Source: an uncultured Alphaproteobacteria bacterium (GTDB lineage Bacteria; Pseudomonadota; Alphaproteobacteria; CAWJRW01). Taken from it: a DNA stretch of 64,000 nt. This document shows positions 9,880 through 20,388 of the stretch, one piece after another (position 1 is the first letter of the stretch; each line of letters starts with the position of its first letter). The position numbers and the translations under genes were made by a program. The DNA is taken from contig CAWJRW010000006.1 of the NCBI GenBank assembly GCA_963845385.1, forward strand, positions 1,416,910 to 1,480,909, given 5' to 3'. The notes under the pieces are model-generated. The model had not been told where the DNA came from. It did not search any database and worked only from the letters and a program-made list of their open reading frames with translations.

Positions 9880-10819
9880 CGCTTATCGCTCCCTTCATCG
9901 GCGGCCTGCGCCCTCTGCAGGAGGATCATCGCCGGCAACAAGAGCGCCACGATCAACACCGCGAGCGCGGCTGCGACCGGCCAGTCGTGATTGTTGAAGA
10001 ACTCTTCCCACAATACTTTGCCGATCATGAGCGTGTCGGGGCCGCCGAGAAGCGCCGGGATGACGAACTCGCCGGTCACCGGGATGAAGACAAGAAGCAT
10101 GCCGGCCAGTATGCCCGGAAGCGAAAGCGGCAAGGTGATCTTGAGAAACGCCTTGAAGGGACGGCAGCCGAGATCCGCCGCGGCGTCCAAGAGCCGCCAA
10201 TCGAGGCGCTCCAGCGTCGCATAGAGCGGCAGGATCATGAACGGCAGATAGGCATAGACGATGCCGAGATAGACGGCGAAATCGGTGTTCAGCATGCGAA
10301 ACGGCTCGTGAATGAGACCGAGACTAAGCAGCGTCTGGTTGATGAGCCCGTTGTCGCGCAAGAGGCCCATCCAGGCATAAATGCGGATGAGAAAGGACGT
10401 CCAGAACGGCATCACGACGGCCATGAGCAGGAACGTCCGCCTCTTCTCGTCGGCGCGCGCGATGACATAGGCCATCGGATAGGCGACGAAGAGGCAAAGA
10501 ACGGTCGTGATGGAAGCGATCCGGAGCGAGCTCAACAGCGCCTTGACGTAGAGCTGATCGGAGAGAAGGAAGAGATAGTTCTTGATGCTGCCGAAAAAGG
10601 CCGGCGGCCGTTCTCGAAGCCGAACACCGCCGCGTAGGGCGGCTGGCCGATGATCGTGTGCGAGAGGCTGATGACGACAACGATGGCGAATGGCGCGAGG
10701 AAAAAGAAAAGCAGCCAGGCATAGGGCGCACCGATGGTGAACTGGCGCGTGTTCACGACACGAGCCCCCGGCAATCGCGCGCAGCCCAGGAGATCCGCAC
10801 GGCGGTTCCGGCCTGACAC
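9876..10819 (-). pseudogene. Polyamine ABC transporter permease, PotB/PotH family, with one frame break near 10600-10620
   Basis: The N-terminus is in ORF 10532..10819 (FTIGAPYAWLLFFFLAPFAIVVVISLSH). The remainder is in ORF 9876..10835 (NYLFLLSDQLYVKALLSSLRIA...DAAADLGCRPFKAFLKITLPL). Confidence 0.8.
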
Positions 10820-10831
10820 TGCTCGACTTCC

Positions 10832-11906
10832 TCACCGGGATTGAGGCTGCACGGCGATAATGAGCTTGCCGCTCTTGAGCTCGACTGCGACGCGCGACTG
10901 GTTGCCGAGAAAGGCCATGTCGCGCACCGTGCCCACGGCCTCATTCGGCGCGCCCGTTCGCGTCGTCTCGCGGAGCGCGATGGCGATACGCTCCGGCCTG
11001 AGTGCGATATGCAAGATTTCGCCGACGCGCGTGCTCTGCGGCGGCGCGGCGACCACCACGATACCGCCGACCTCCGGGCAATCGACACGCGCGCCCTCGG
11101 GCGAAAGCGCGGTGACGCGGCCCTCCAGAAGGTTCGCCGTGCCGATGAAGTCCGCGACATAAACCGAGTTCGGAAATTCGTAGATTTGCCGCGGCGGCCC
11201 GATCTGCGCCACGCCGCCGTTGTGGAGCACCGCCATGCGCTCGGAGAGGCTCATCGCCTCTTCCTGATCGTGCGTGACGATGATGAAGGTGATGCCCGTC
11301 TCCGCCTGAATGCGCACGAGCTCGATCTGCGTGACGCTCGCGAAGCTTGCGGTCCAGCGCCGCCAGCGGCTCGTCGAGAAGGAGAAGCTTCGGGCGCTTG
11401 ACGATGGCGCGCGCCAGCGCCACGCGCTGCTGCTGTCCGCCCGAAAGCTGATGGGGCCTGCGATGTTCGTAGCCGTCCAGTCGGACGAGATGGAGCGCGT
11501 CCTTGGTGCGCTGGTTGATCTGCGACCGCGAGAGCCGGGCCCGCCCCCGCTCCTGGCGCAGGCCGAAGGCCACGTTCGCGCCCACCGTCATGTGCGGAAA
11601 AAGCGCGTAGGACTGAAACATCATGTTGACCGGCCGGTCATAGGGCGCGACCGCGGTCATGTCGCGGCCGTCGATCAAGATGCGTCCCTGGTCGGGGTGT
11701 TCGAACCCGGCAAGCAAACGCAAGAGCGTCGTCTTGCCGGAGCCGGAAGCGCCGAGAAGGGCGAACATCTCGCCCTTCTTCACGTTCAGGTCGACATTGT
11801 CGAGCGCGACCGTGTCACCGAACGTCTTGCGGATGTTCTCGACGCGGACGATGAACTCGTCCGTCGTTGCGCTCGGCGCGGCCGCTGCGGCTTCTTTGAC
11901 TCCCAT
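10832..11906 (-). pseudogene. Polyamine ABC transporter ATP-binding protein, PotA/PotG family, with one frame break near 11320-11350
   Basis: ORF 10941..11906 carries Walker A GASGSGKTT, the signature LSGGQQQRVALARA and Walker B LLLLDEPLAALD. The downstream part (TFIIVTHDQEEAM and the TOBE-like C-terminus) is in ORF 10832..11317. Confidence 0.85.
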
Positions 11907-11921
11907 AGCGGGAGGATGCCC

Positions 11922-13029
11922 TCATTGCCCGGAGCGGATGCGCGTCCAGACGCGGTTGCGCTCGCGCTCCGTTTCAGGTGCAAGCGCTTTCGCCACGAAG
12001 AACTTCTTCCTCATCTCCGCGCTCGGGAAAACCGTCGGGTCGTTCCGGATCTCCTCGTCGACATATTGCAGCGAGTCCGGCACGGCGTTGGCATAAGCCA
12101 CAAAGTTCGTGATGCCCGCCATCACTTTCGGCTGGAGCACGAAATTGATAAAGGCGTATGCGGCGTCGGGATGAGGCGCATCCGCGGGGATCGCGATCAT
12201 GTCGAACCAGAGAAGCGTGCCCTCTTTCGGGATCGAATAGGCGATCTCCTGCGGATTCTGTGCTTCTGCGGCCCGGGACTTGGACTGCATCACATCCCCC
12301 GACCAGCCGACGACAAGGCACACTTCGCCCGCCGCCAGATCGTCGATGTATTGCGAGGAGTGGAAATAGCGAATATAGGGCCGCACGCTCATGATGAGCT
12401 GCTCGGCGGCGGCGAGATCGTCGGCATTCTCGCCGTTCGGATCCTTGCCAAGATAGTGCAGTGCAAGCGGGATGATCTCGGTCGCCGCATCGAGCATGGT
12501 CACGCCGCAATCCTTGAACTTCGACACGACCTCCGGCTTGAAGACGATGTCCCAACTGTCCACCGGCGCGTTCGCCATGCGCTCCTTGATCTTTTGAACG
12601 TTGTAGCCGATGCCGTTGGTTCCCCACTCGTAGATCGCGCCATGCTCGTTGCCGGGATCGGCCGTGTCCACCAGCGCCATGAGATCTGGGTCGAGATTCT
12701 TCCAGTTCGGGATCTTCGTCTTGTCGAGCTTCAGGTAGATGCCGGCCTTGATCTGCTTGGCGAAATAGGGCTGCGCGGTGGGCACCACGATGTCGTAGCC
12801 GCTGTTGCCGGCGAGAAGCTTCGCCTCGAGCACGTCGTTGCTGTCGTAAACGTCATAGCGTGTCTTGATGCCCGTGGCTTTGGTGAAGTCGTCGAGCGTC
12901 GTTTCCCCGATGTAGTCGGACCAATTGTAGATGTTCACCGTTTCGGCCGTTTTCGATTTCTCCCCCTGTTCGCAGGAAGCCACGGCGAGAACGATCGCGA
13001 CACTGGCCAAGATCGATCTTTGCGTGCAT
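11922..13029 (-). CDS. Polyamine-binding periplasmic lipoprotein, PotD/PotF family
   Basis: ORF 11922..13187 contains SILASVAIVLAVASC (a lipobox) and then NIYNWSDYIGETTLDDF...WGTNGIGYN. The start is uncertain. It could be the in-frame TTG at 13010. It could instead be the ATG at 13029, which is preceded by AGGGGGA but lies one base out of frame, implying another indel. Confidence 0.8.
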
Positions 13030-13224
13030 GAGAATTCCCCCTGAGCGGCCGCATAGTCCGAGTGCTGAACGAGAATTGCGCCCCAGGGAGCCGCGCTTGT
13101 CAATCCGCAGAGCCGGCAGAAAGCGAGCTTTGGGTGCGATATTGTCGGCTCAATCTGCCCAAGAATACGACGGGTCCCGGCGCGCATCGGCGCCGGGACC
13201 CGCTTTCACACTCCGCGCGGCCGC

Positions 13225-14730
13225 TCAAATGGCGACGCAGACGGATTTCAGTTCCGTATACATCTCAATGCCGACGCGGCCTTGCTCGCGGCCGATGCCC
13301 GATTGCTTGAAGCCGCCGAACGGCATGGCGGGATCGATGACGGTATGGCAATTCACCCACACGGTGCCCGCCTTGATCTTGGCCGCAAGACGGTGCGCGG
13401 CCGACAGATCGTTGGTCCAGATGCTGGCGGCGAGACCATAGTCCGTGTCGTTGGCGGCAGCGGCGACTTCATTGACGTCGTCGAAGCGCTGAGCCACGAG
13501 CACGGGCCCGAAAATCTCCTCGCGCACAACCTTCATGTCGGGACGCACGTTCACCATCACCGTGGGCGTCACGAAATAGCCCGGATGCTGCACGGCATCG
13601 CCGCCCGCGACGATCGAGGCGCCTTCCTTGCGGCCGGAATCGATATAGCCGCGCACGCGGTCCTGCTGCTCTTGGGACACGAGCGGACCCATGAAGGTTT
13701 CGGGATCGAGTCCCGGCCCGAGCTTGATGGCGTTGGCCGCGCCTGCCACGCCCTCGACGACCTTGTCGAAGATCTTCTTGTGCGCGAATAGACGCGTGCC
13801 CGCCACGCACACTTGGCCGCTGTTGAAGAACATGGCCTGCGCGGCGCCCCCGATCGCCGTCTGCATATCCACATCGGGGAAGACGATGACGGGCGATTTG
13901 CCGCCGAGCTCGAGCGACACGCGCTTCAACGTATCGGTCGCGGCCTTGTTGATGATCTTGCCGACCGACGTGGATCCGGTGAACGCGACTTTGTCGATGC
14001 CTTTGTGGGCGACAAGCGCGGCGCCCGTCGTCTCGCCGAGACCGGTGAGAATGTTGACGACGCCGGCGGGGAAGCCCGCTTCGATGATGAGCTCGCCCAA
14101 GCGCAGCGCCGTGAGCGGCGTCTGTTCCGCGGGCTTCAGCACGCAGGTGCAGCCCGCGGCGAGCGCGGGTGCGAGCTTGCCCGTTGCCATGATGAGCGGA
14201 AAGTTCCACGGCACGATTTGCGCCACGACGCCTACCGGCTCGCGGCGCGTATAGGCTTGAAATTTGGTGCCGGGCATGCCCGATGAGAGCTCGAAGGTGT
14301 TGCCTTCGATCTTCGTCGCCCATCCGGCCATGTAACGCAGCATCGCGGCGGAGGCCGGAATGTCGGCGACGCTCGCCATGAACTTCGTCTTGCCGTTGTC
14401 GATGCTTTCGAGCTCGGCAAGCTCGTCGGCGTTCTTGTCGATGAGATCGGCGAGCCGCCACAACAGCGCTTCGCGCTGCGCGGGGCGCATCTCGGACCAC
14501 GGGCCACTTTCGAAAGCCTTGCGGGCGGCTGCGACCGCGCGATCGACATCGGCGGCATCGGCATCGGCGATCTCCGAGATTTGCGCGGCCGTCGCCGGAT
14601 CGACCACCGGCACGCGGCTCGAAGAGTGCGACTCGACCCACTCGCCGCCGATCAAGAGCGTCGGCTTGCGCTTGAGGAAGCGGGCGATGTTGGGCGCGGG
14701 CGCGCGCTGATTGGCGATTTGAACGGTCAT
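13225..14730 (-). CDS. NAD(P)-dependent aldehyde dehydrogenase
   Basis: The internal start MTVQIANQ at 14730 gives an intact 501 aa protein. It has the canonical motifs VSLELGGKSP, FFNSGQVCVAGTR and EEIFGPV. Confidence 0.9.
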   Translation of the reverse strand: MTVQIANQRAPAPNIARFLKRKPTLLIGGEWVESHSSSRVPVVDPATAAQISEIADADAADVDRAVAAARKAFESGPWSEMRPAQREALLWRLADLIDKNADELAELESIDNGKTKFMASVADIPASAAMLRYMAGWATKIEGNTFELSSGMPGTKFQAYTRREPVGVVAQIVPWNFPLIMATGKLAPALAAGCTCVLKPAEQTPLTALRLGELIIEAGFPAGVVNILTGLGETTGAALVAHKGIDKVAFTGSTSVGKIINKAATDTLKRVSLELGGKSPVIVFPDVDMQTAIGGAAQAMFFNSGQVCVAGTRLFAHKKIFDKVVEGVAGAANAIKLGPGLDPETFMGPLVSQEQQDRVRGYIDSGRKEGASIVAGGDAVQHPGYFVTPTVMVNVRPDMKVVREEIFGPVLVAQRFDDVNEVAAAANDTDYGLAASIWTNDLSAAHRLAAKIKAGTVWVNCHTVIDPAMPFGGFKQSGIGREQGRVGIEMYTELKSVCVAI

Positions 14731-14931
14731 CGTTTTCTCTCCCGTTTGAATTTGCTGGGGCCTGTCCGGCTGAAGCCGCAAATGGGCCTGCCGATTTCCT
14801 TCTTGCGGCACCTGCCTCTTCGGTCCGCGATCGAGAAGCCCGTAGGCGCCGAATACTAGCCGCTCTTCGGCGCGCCACCAAGGCGCCCGGAGACGGGCTT
14901 TTACGCTCCGGAAAGCATGAGGGCGCTCGGA

Positions 14932-15072
14932 CAGCCTTCGCTGCGCTTCGCGTGCGAAGGATGGCTTGCCGAGCCGAAGCAACGCGCGACACCAGCCCGT
15001 GCTTCGCCCTTCGGGACTACGCGCGTGGCAGTCCTGCGCCGGCAGTCTTGCTCGCTATGCGAGCGAAGGCTG
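14932..15072. repeat. Palindromic REP/MITE-like element abutting the tRNA
   Basis: The terminal inverted repeats are cagccttcgct (14932) and agcgaaggctg (15062). There are internal hairpins (ccttcgc...gcgaagg and gctcgc ata gcgagc). Confidence 0.5.
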
Positions 15073-15145
15073 GTGGGCGCGACAGGGATCGAACCTGTGA
15101 CCCCCACGATGTCAACGTGGTGCTCTACCGCTGAGCTACGCGCCC
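15071..15145 (-). tRNA. tRNA-Val (anticodon GAC)
   Basis: The reverse complement is GGGCGCGTAGCTCAGCGGTAGAGCACCACGTTGACATCGTGGGGGTCACAGGTTCGATCCCTGTCGCGCCCACCA. It folds as a cloverleaf with a 7-bp acceptor stem, anticodon loop TTGACAT, a T-loop GGTTCGATCC and an encoded CCA. Confidence 0.93.
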
Positions 15146-15238
15146 GTATCCGAGAACTGGTGCAAGTTCCTATATCGGGTCGGAAGTTGGTCAGCAAGTT
15201 TGGACGAAATCTCCCGGCCGTGCGAGCCAACGGCGAAT

Positions 15239-15598
15239 TCAGGCCGCGAGCAGGCGCTCGACTTCGTTCACGAGATCGCGCAGGTGAAACGGCTTCGACA
15301 AGACCTTGGCGGCCTTTGGCGCTTTGCTGTCGGGATTGAGCGCGACGGCGGCAAAGCCCGTGATGAACATGATGCGCAGCTTCGGATCGAGCTTGGCTGC
15401 ACGGCGCGCAAGCTCGATGCCGTCCATGACCGGCATCACGATGTCGGTGAGCAGGAGATCGAAGAACTCCCGCTCGAGGCAGGCGAGCGCTTCATCGCCC
15501 TGCCCGAACGACGCGACCTCGTGCCCGGCTTTCTTGAGCGCGGTGCCCAAGAACCGGCGGAGCGATTCATCGTCTTCGGCCAATAATATGCGTGCCAT
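15239..15598 (-). CDS. cpdR: Single-domain response regulator CpdR
   Basis: The sequence is MARILLAEDDESLRRFL...LLLTDIVMPVMDGIELARRAAKLDPKLRIMFITGFAAVALNPDS...SKPFHLRDLV. It closely matches the conserved alphaproteobacterial CpdR pattern. The start is taken at the internal ATG. Confidence 0.85.
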   Translation of the reverse strand: MARILLAEDDESLRRFLGTALKKAGHEVASFGQGDEALACLEREFFDLLLTDIVMPVMDGIELARRAAKLDPKLRIMFITGFAAVALNPDSKAPKAAKVLSKPFHLRDLVNEVERLLAA

Positions 15599-15778
15599 GA
15601 AGTCCCCTCGACCCCAGCGGGCGCCGCGGCTCCACACCGCGATGGATTTAATTTGCGCGCCTTTGGCTTATGCTGCAATTGTTGTCGTGACAAAGCGTTA
15701 ACGAGGCGCCGGAACGAGCCCGGTGCCTTCAGATCCCGCCTCCTTGATCATGCCGGGCCGGGGTGGTCCACTCCTCTC

Positions 15779-16711
15779 ATGACGGCAGCTTACGCCACAA
15801 TCGGCCAAGCCCTGCGGATGGCGCCCGAGCTTCTCGACCGCGCCTGCCTCAATCCGCCTTTCGAGACCCGGCGTCCCCGCGCGCGGACGGCGGCCCTGGT
15901 GTTCAATTCGCCCCATAGTGGCCGAGCCTACCCGCCCTCGCTTCTCGCGCGATCCAGGCTCGATTCGCTCGCCATCCGCCGCTCCGAGGACAGCTTCGTG
16001 GATGAGCTCTTTGCCGCGGTTCTCGAGGTTGGCGCGCCGCAGCTCCGCGCCCACTTCCCGCGCGCCTATGTGGACGTCAATCGCGAGCCCTATGAATTGG
16101 ATCCGACCATGTTCGCCGATCCGCTGCCGCCCCACGCCAATACCAAGAGCCAGCGCGTTTGCGGCGGGCTCGGGACCATCGCGCGCGTCGTGGGCGACGG
16201 CTCGGAAATCTACTTCGAGAAGCTTTCCTATCGCGAAGCCGAGTGGCGCATTCGCACGTTGTACGAGCCTTATCACCGGGCGCTGCGCGCGCTCCTGGAC
16301 GAGACGCGGCGCCGTTTCGGTTACGCGATTCTCATCGACTGTCATTCCATGCCCTCGGTCGGCGGGCCTGCCGATTGCGATCGGGGCATGTGCCGTCCCG
16401 ACGTCGTTCTCGGGGATCGCTTCGGCACCACCGCCGCCCCCGCCGTCGTCGACATGGCGGAAGCCACGCTGCGGCGCCTGGGCTATAGCGTCGCGCGAAA
16501 CAGCCCCTATGCGGGCGGCTTCATCACCGAGCATTACGGCAAGCCCCTGCGCGGCATCCATGCGCTCCAGATCGAGATCAACCGGCAAATCTATATGGAT
16601 GAGCTACGCGTGCAGCGCGGGCCGGGCTTCCAGCGGGTGGCGCGCGGCATGGCGGCGCTTGCCGCAGCCTTGGCTGCCCTCGCCCGGGACGATCTCTATC
16701 CCGCCTCTTAG
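15779..16711 (+). CDS. N-formylglutamate amidohydrolase family protein
   Basis: Motifs are FNSPHSGR, RAYVDVNREPYELD, LIDCHSMPS and YAGGFITEHYG. The start is taken at MTAAYATIG. Confidence 0.8.
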   Translation: MTAAYATIGQALRMAPELLDRACLNPPFETRRPRARTAALVFNSPHSGRAYPPSLLARSRLDSLAIRRSEDSFVDELFAAVLEVGAPQLRAHFPRAYVDVNREPYELDPTMFADPLPPHANTKSQRVCGGLGTIARVVGDGSEIYFEKLSYREAEWRIRTLYEPYHRALRALLDETRRRFGYAILIDCHSMPSVGGPADCDRGMCRPDVVLGDRFGTTAAPAVVDMAEATLRRLGYSVARNSPYAGGFITEHYGKPLRGIHALQIEINRQIYMDELRVQRGPGFQRVARGMAALAAALAALARDDLYPAS

Positions 16712-16720
16712 CCCCGCACC

Positions 16721-16752
16721 AAAAAAGAGAGGCCGCTCACGAGGAGCGGCCC
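16721..16752. terminator. GC-rich hairpin, an intrinsic terminator that is stronger on the minus strand
   Basis: The stem is GGCCGCTC (16731-38), the loop is acgag, and the second arm is GAGCGGCC (16744-51). On the minus strand it is followed by TCTCTTTTTT. On the plus strand it lies 20 nt after the amidohydrolase stop but has only a weak T tract. Confidence 0.6.
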
Positions 16753-16925
16753 AAGTTTAGGGAGGAAACGCCCAGGAAGGGCCGCGGCATCGAAATAACA
16801 GGGGCAAACGATGCCGCGCTGCAAAAATATGCCACTGCGTCGCACAAAAGGCAAGCCCCAATAAATCCGCCATTTGTTGGCCAAATTCCACCCTCTGAGG
16901 CGCTCAAGCGGGTGCCCGGACGGCC
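16721..16925 (-). ncRNA. Candidate small RNA (putative, unverified)
   Basis: There is a minus-strand terminator with a U-tract but no minus-strand gene upstream of it. The region is locally less GC-rich. Just 5' of the terminator lie a 9-bp hairpin (GCGGCATCG...CGATGCCGC) and an unpaired CCUCCC motif. A weak TTGACG-N17-CACAAA sits near 16960-16930. Confidence 0.3.
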
Positions 16926-17069
16926 TTGATTTGTGCATTGCACTCGCTTTCTCGTCAAACTGGTGTTAACGATACCGGCTGGATGCTCCCCCTCAAGCCG
17001 GGCCCGATGGGGCCAGCCCGCGCGCAGCGGAAACCACTTTGGAAGGCGCGCGGTCGGAGCCCGGAAATC

Positions 17070-18020
17070 ATGGCCCGTGGGGAGATCGCCATGACCGCAT
17101 GGAAGCATGTGAGCGTCCTCGTCGTGTCGTGTGTGGTGTGTTGCGTCCTAAGCAGGCCTGTATTTGCCGCTGCGGCGCGCGTTCCGGCCATCGATGATGA
17201 AGATTGGGGCGGCTGCGCCGATGCGGCCCATGCCGTCGAGCGCCAGGCGCAGGTGCCGGCGTTCATTCTTTCCGCCGTCACCCAGATCGAGAGCGGGCGC
17301 CGGGCGCCGGGCGGCAGCCTCAAGGCATGGCCCTGGACCATTCACGCCAAGGGTCGCGGCCGTTATTTCGCGAGCAAGGAAGCCGCGGTCGCCGAGGTTC
17401 GCCGCCTTCGCGCCGAAGGCGTCACCACCATCGATGTCGGTTGCGCGCAGATCAACTTGCGCTATCACCCCGACGCCTTCGCGACGCTCGAAGAGGCTTT
17501 CGATCCGGTCACGAACGTCTCCTACGCGCTGCAGTTCCTACGCGAGTTGCGGGCGCGCTTCGGTTCCTGGGAGGACGCGATCGCGAGCTACCACTCGATC
17601 GATCCCGCCCATCAGGTGAACTACCGCAAACGCGTGCTGTCGGCATGGCTCAAGGCGGAGCGCGAAGACGCTGAATTTTGGAACAAGAGCGGCGTGCGTC
17701 CCGCGTCTGCGGACCGGCCCGGCAATAGCGTGCTTCTCGCCGGCGACACGGCCAGGGAACCCGAGCTTGACATGCGTCAGAACCGTGACCGCTGGACGCG
17801 CTGGGACAGTCTCTTACTCTTCGCCCGCTCGCGCGACAGCTTGGCCTTGGCCGTGGCGCCTTGGCTTCCCGAGTGGGTGCCGGACCTCCCGCGGCCCAGA
17901 CCGCCCGCCCACACCGAGCTCGCGCTCGACCTCGGCGCCCGCCCACGGGTGAAGGGCAAGACCCGGCGCAACGCTCAGCGCACAACGGTCGCGCTTGACG
18001 GACCAGTTTACGACACGTAA
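17070..18020 (+). CDS. Lytic transglycosylase (SLT domain) protein with an N-terminal membrane anchor
   Basis: The sequence MTAWKHVSVLVVSCVVCCVL is followed by ILSAVTQIESGRR...WPWTIHAKGRGRYF...IDVGCAQINLRYHP. The start is ATG 17070 or 17091. Confidence 0.75.
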   Translation: MARGEIAMTAWKHVSVLVVSCVVCCVLSRPVFAAAARVPAIDDEDWGGCADAAHAVERQAQVPAFILSAVTQIESGRRAPGGSLKAWPWTIHAKGRGRYFASKEAAVAEVRRLRAEGVTTIDVGCAQINLRYHPDAFATLEEAFDPVTNVSYALQFLRELRARFGSWEDAIASYHSIDPAHQVNYRKRVLSAWLKAEREDAEFWNKSGVRPASADRPGNSVLLAGDTAREPELDMRQNRDRWTRWDSLLLFARSRDSLALAVAPWLPEWVPDLPRPRPPAHTELALDLGARPRVKGKTRRNAQRTTVALDGPVYDT

Positions 18021-18228
18021 AGCAAAGTTAAGATATAAGGGCGCCAATTGGAGCAGAGTGAGGGTTGTGCGTTTTGGGGCGCCTTTGGGGGGACGGCCCG
18101 GCGACCGGAAACGGTGGCCAGGGCTTGCGGGCGCGAGGACGGCGCCCAATCTATGGGTAGGCATTTCACCGACCCCGGGATGCGGCGACCCTGAATCAGT
18201 TTCCGCCCTTGCGGGCGCGAGATGATCA

Positions 18229-19146
18229 ATGGCGCTGATCGACACGGCCTTGCAGCGTTTGAAGCCTCTGAAGCGGCATTCACGTTTCACGCGAAAGATG
18301 CGCGAGAGCTGGCGCGCGTTGCGCTACGGTCCGGTCGAGACCGACGCGTTGGAGAGCGGGCCCCGCACCTCCAACCGCCACCGCACCATTTTCATCTCGG
18401 ACACGCATCTGGGAACACGCGGCTGCAAGGCCGAGCTCCTGGTGGACTTCCTGCGGCGAAACGAATGCGACTGCCTCTATCTGATCGGCGATATCGTCGA
18501 CATCTGGCGCCTGCGCCGCTCGTGGTATTGGCCGCAGAACCACAACGACATCGCGCTCGAATTGCTGCGTAAGGTCCGCGCGGGCACGAAGATCGTCTAC
18601 GTGCCGGGCAACCACGACGAGCTAGCGCGCGACTACATCGGTCTTACGCTCGGCGGCGTCGAGGTGGCCTTCGAAGTGATTCACGAGACCGCCGATGGCC
18701 GACGCTTTCTTATCATGCACGGCGATCATTTCGACGGCATCGTGAAGCACGCGCGCTGGCTCGCGCATCTGGGCGATTGGGCCTACGCCGTGGCGCTCGG
18801 CGTCAATGACGGCCTCAATTTCCTGCGCCGGCGGATGGGGCTTTCATATTGGTCGCTGTCTGCCTATTTGAAGCATAAGGTGAAGAACGCCGTGGAATAT
18901 GTGAGCAACTATGAGACCGCGATCGTGCGCGAGGCGGTGCACCGCAAGGTCGACGGCGTGATCTGCGGCCATATCCATCACGCCGAAATGCGCGAGATCG
19001 ACGGCATTCTCTACTGCAACGACGGCGATTGGGTCGAAAGCTGCACGGCTCTGGTCGAAGCCAAAGACGGCGCGCTGTCGATCATTCAGTGGTCGCGAAT
19101 CGGCGGCGAAGCCGAGACGCTGCGCGAAGCCGCGGCCGTGGCCTGA
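18229..19146 (+). CDS. LpxH-family metallophosphoesterase, probably a PlcP-type phospholipase C for lipid remodelling
   Basis: Calcineurin-fold motifs are present: IFISDTHLG, LIGDIVD, VPGNHD, IMHGDHFD and GHIHH. It is immediately followed by a GT4 glycosyltransferase. This matches the plcP-agt arrangement described in Sinorhizobium, Agrobacterium and marine heterotrophs. Confidence 0.65.
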   Translation: MALIDTALQRLKPLKRHSRFTRKMRESWRALRYGPVETDALESGPRTSNRHRTIFISDTHLGTRGCKAELLVDFLRRNECDCLYLIGDIVDIWRLRRSWYWPQNHNDIALELLRKVRAGTKIVYVPGNHDELARDYIGLTLGGVEVAFEVIHETADGRRFLIMHGDHFDGIVKHARWLAHLGDWAYAVALGVNDGLNFLRRRMGLSYWSLSAYLKHKVKNAVEYVSNYETAIVREAVHRKVDGVICGHIHHAEMREIDGILYCNDGDWVESCTALVEAKDGALSIIQWSRIGGEAETLREAAAVA

Positions 19147-19207
19147 GATCAGGCTCGCCATGCATCACTCAAGTCCTCCTGGTCCCCTCGAGGGAACGCC
19201 CTTGCAG

Positions 19208-20300
19208 ATGCCAACGGCCTCGCCGCGGCGCGCCTTGCGCATCTTGATCGCGACCGACGCCTGGCATCCTCAGGTCAACGGGGTCGTGCGAACGCTCGAG
19301 CTCTTGGTGCGCGAGCTCAAAAAGCTGGGCCAAGAGGTGAAGGTTCTCGAGCCCGCGATGTTTCGGACCGTGCCCATGCCGAGCTATCCGGAAATCCGTC
19401 TCGCGTTGAATTCCCGCAGCCGAACGAGGCGCATCATCGACGACTTCGCGCCCGATGCCATGCACGTCGCCACCGAAGGCCCGATCGGCTGGGCCGCCCG
19501 CGCTTACTGCAAGCGTCAAGGCAGACTGTTCACGACTTCGTTTCACACGCGCTTTCCCGAATATCTGCACGCGCGGACGCGCTTTCCCGTAGAATTGAGC
19601 TATCGGCTGATCCGGCATTTTCATCGGCCCTCCTCGGCGTTGCTCGTCACGACGCCGTACCTCAAGCGAGAGCTCGAGGGACGCGGCTTCGATAATGTGA
19701 AGATCTGGCAGCGCGGGGTCGACGTGGAGCATTTTCGCCCGCGTCCGAAGGATTGGCTCACCCTGCCGCGGCCGATCTTTCTCTATGTCGGACGCGTGGC
19801 GATCGAAAAGAATCTCGCGGCGTTCCTGTCGCTCGATCTGCCCGGCAGCAAGGTCGTGGTGGGCGAAGGCCCGCAACTCCAAAGCCTCAAGTTCCGCTTT
19901 CCCAATGCCTATTTCGTCGGCACGAAGCTCGGCGAGGAGCTCGCGCGCTATTACGCCGCAAGCGATGTCTTCGTCTTCCCGAGCCAGACGGACACCTTAT
20001 GGGCTCGTGGTGCTGGAGGCGCTCGCGAGCGGCGTGCCGGTCGCCGCTTTCCCCGTGCCGGGTCCCGCCGACATCATCGGCAACACGTCCGTCGGTTGTC
20101 TCGATTGGGATTTGAAGCGCGCGGCGCTCAACGCGCTGTCGATTCCGCCCGAGGCGTGCCGCGAGTTCGCGCTCGGCTTTTCCTGGGAAGTCTGTGCCCG
20201 TCAGTTTCTCGATTATCTCTACTACATGGGGCCCTCCGGGCCCGCTGCCGCGCCCGAGCCCGCCGAGCCTGCGAGCGTCAGTCTCGAAGCGCGCAGCTAG
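19208..20300 (+). pseudogene. GT4 glycosyltransferase (Agt-like glycosyl-diacylglycerol synthase candidate), with one frame break near 19995
   Basis: ORF 19160..20392 reads LRILIATDAWHPQVNGVVRT...VFVFPSQTDT. The conserved YGLVVLEALASGVPVAAFPVPGP continues in ORF 19785..20300. The break is at acctta-tggg. Confidence 0.75.
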
Positions 20301-20388
20301 CGCCGAGCCAAATTGCCGAAGGCATCGTTCCGAAATTGGTTCGGCGCCGCGCTTGCCAGCGCCCGGCTTCCGTCTATCTTGCACCGCT

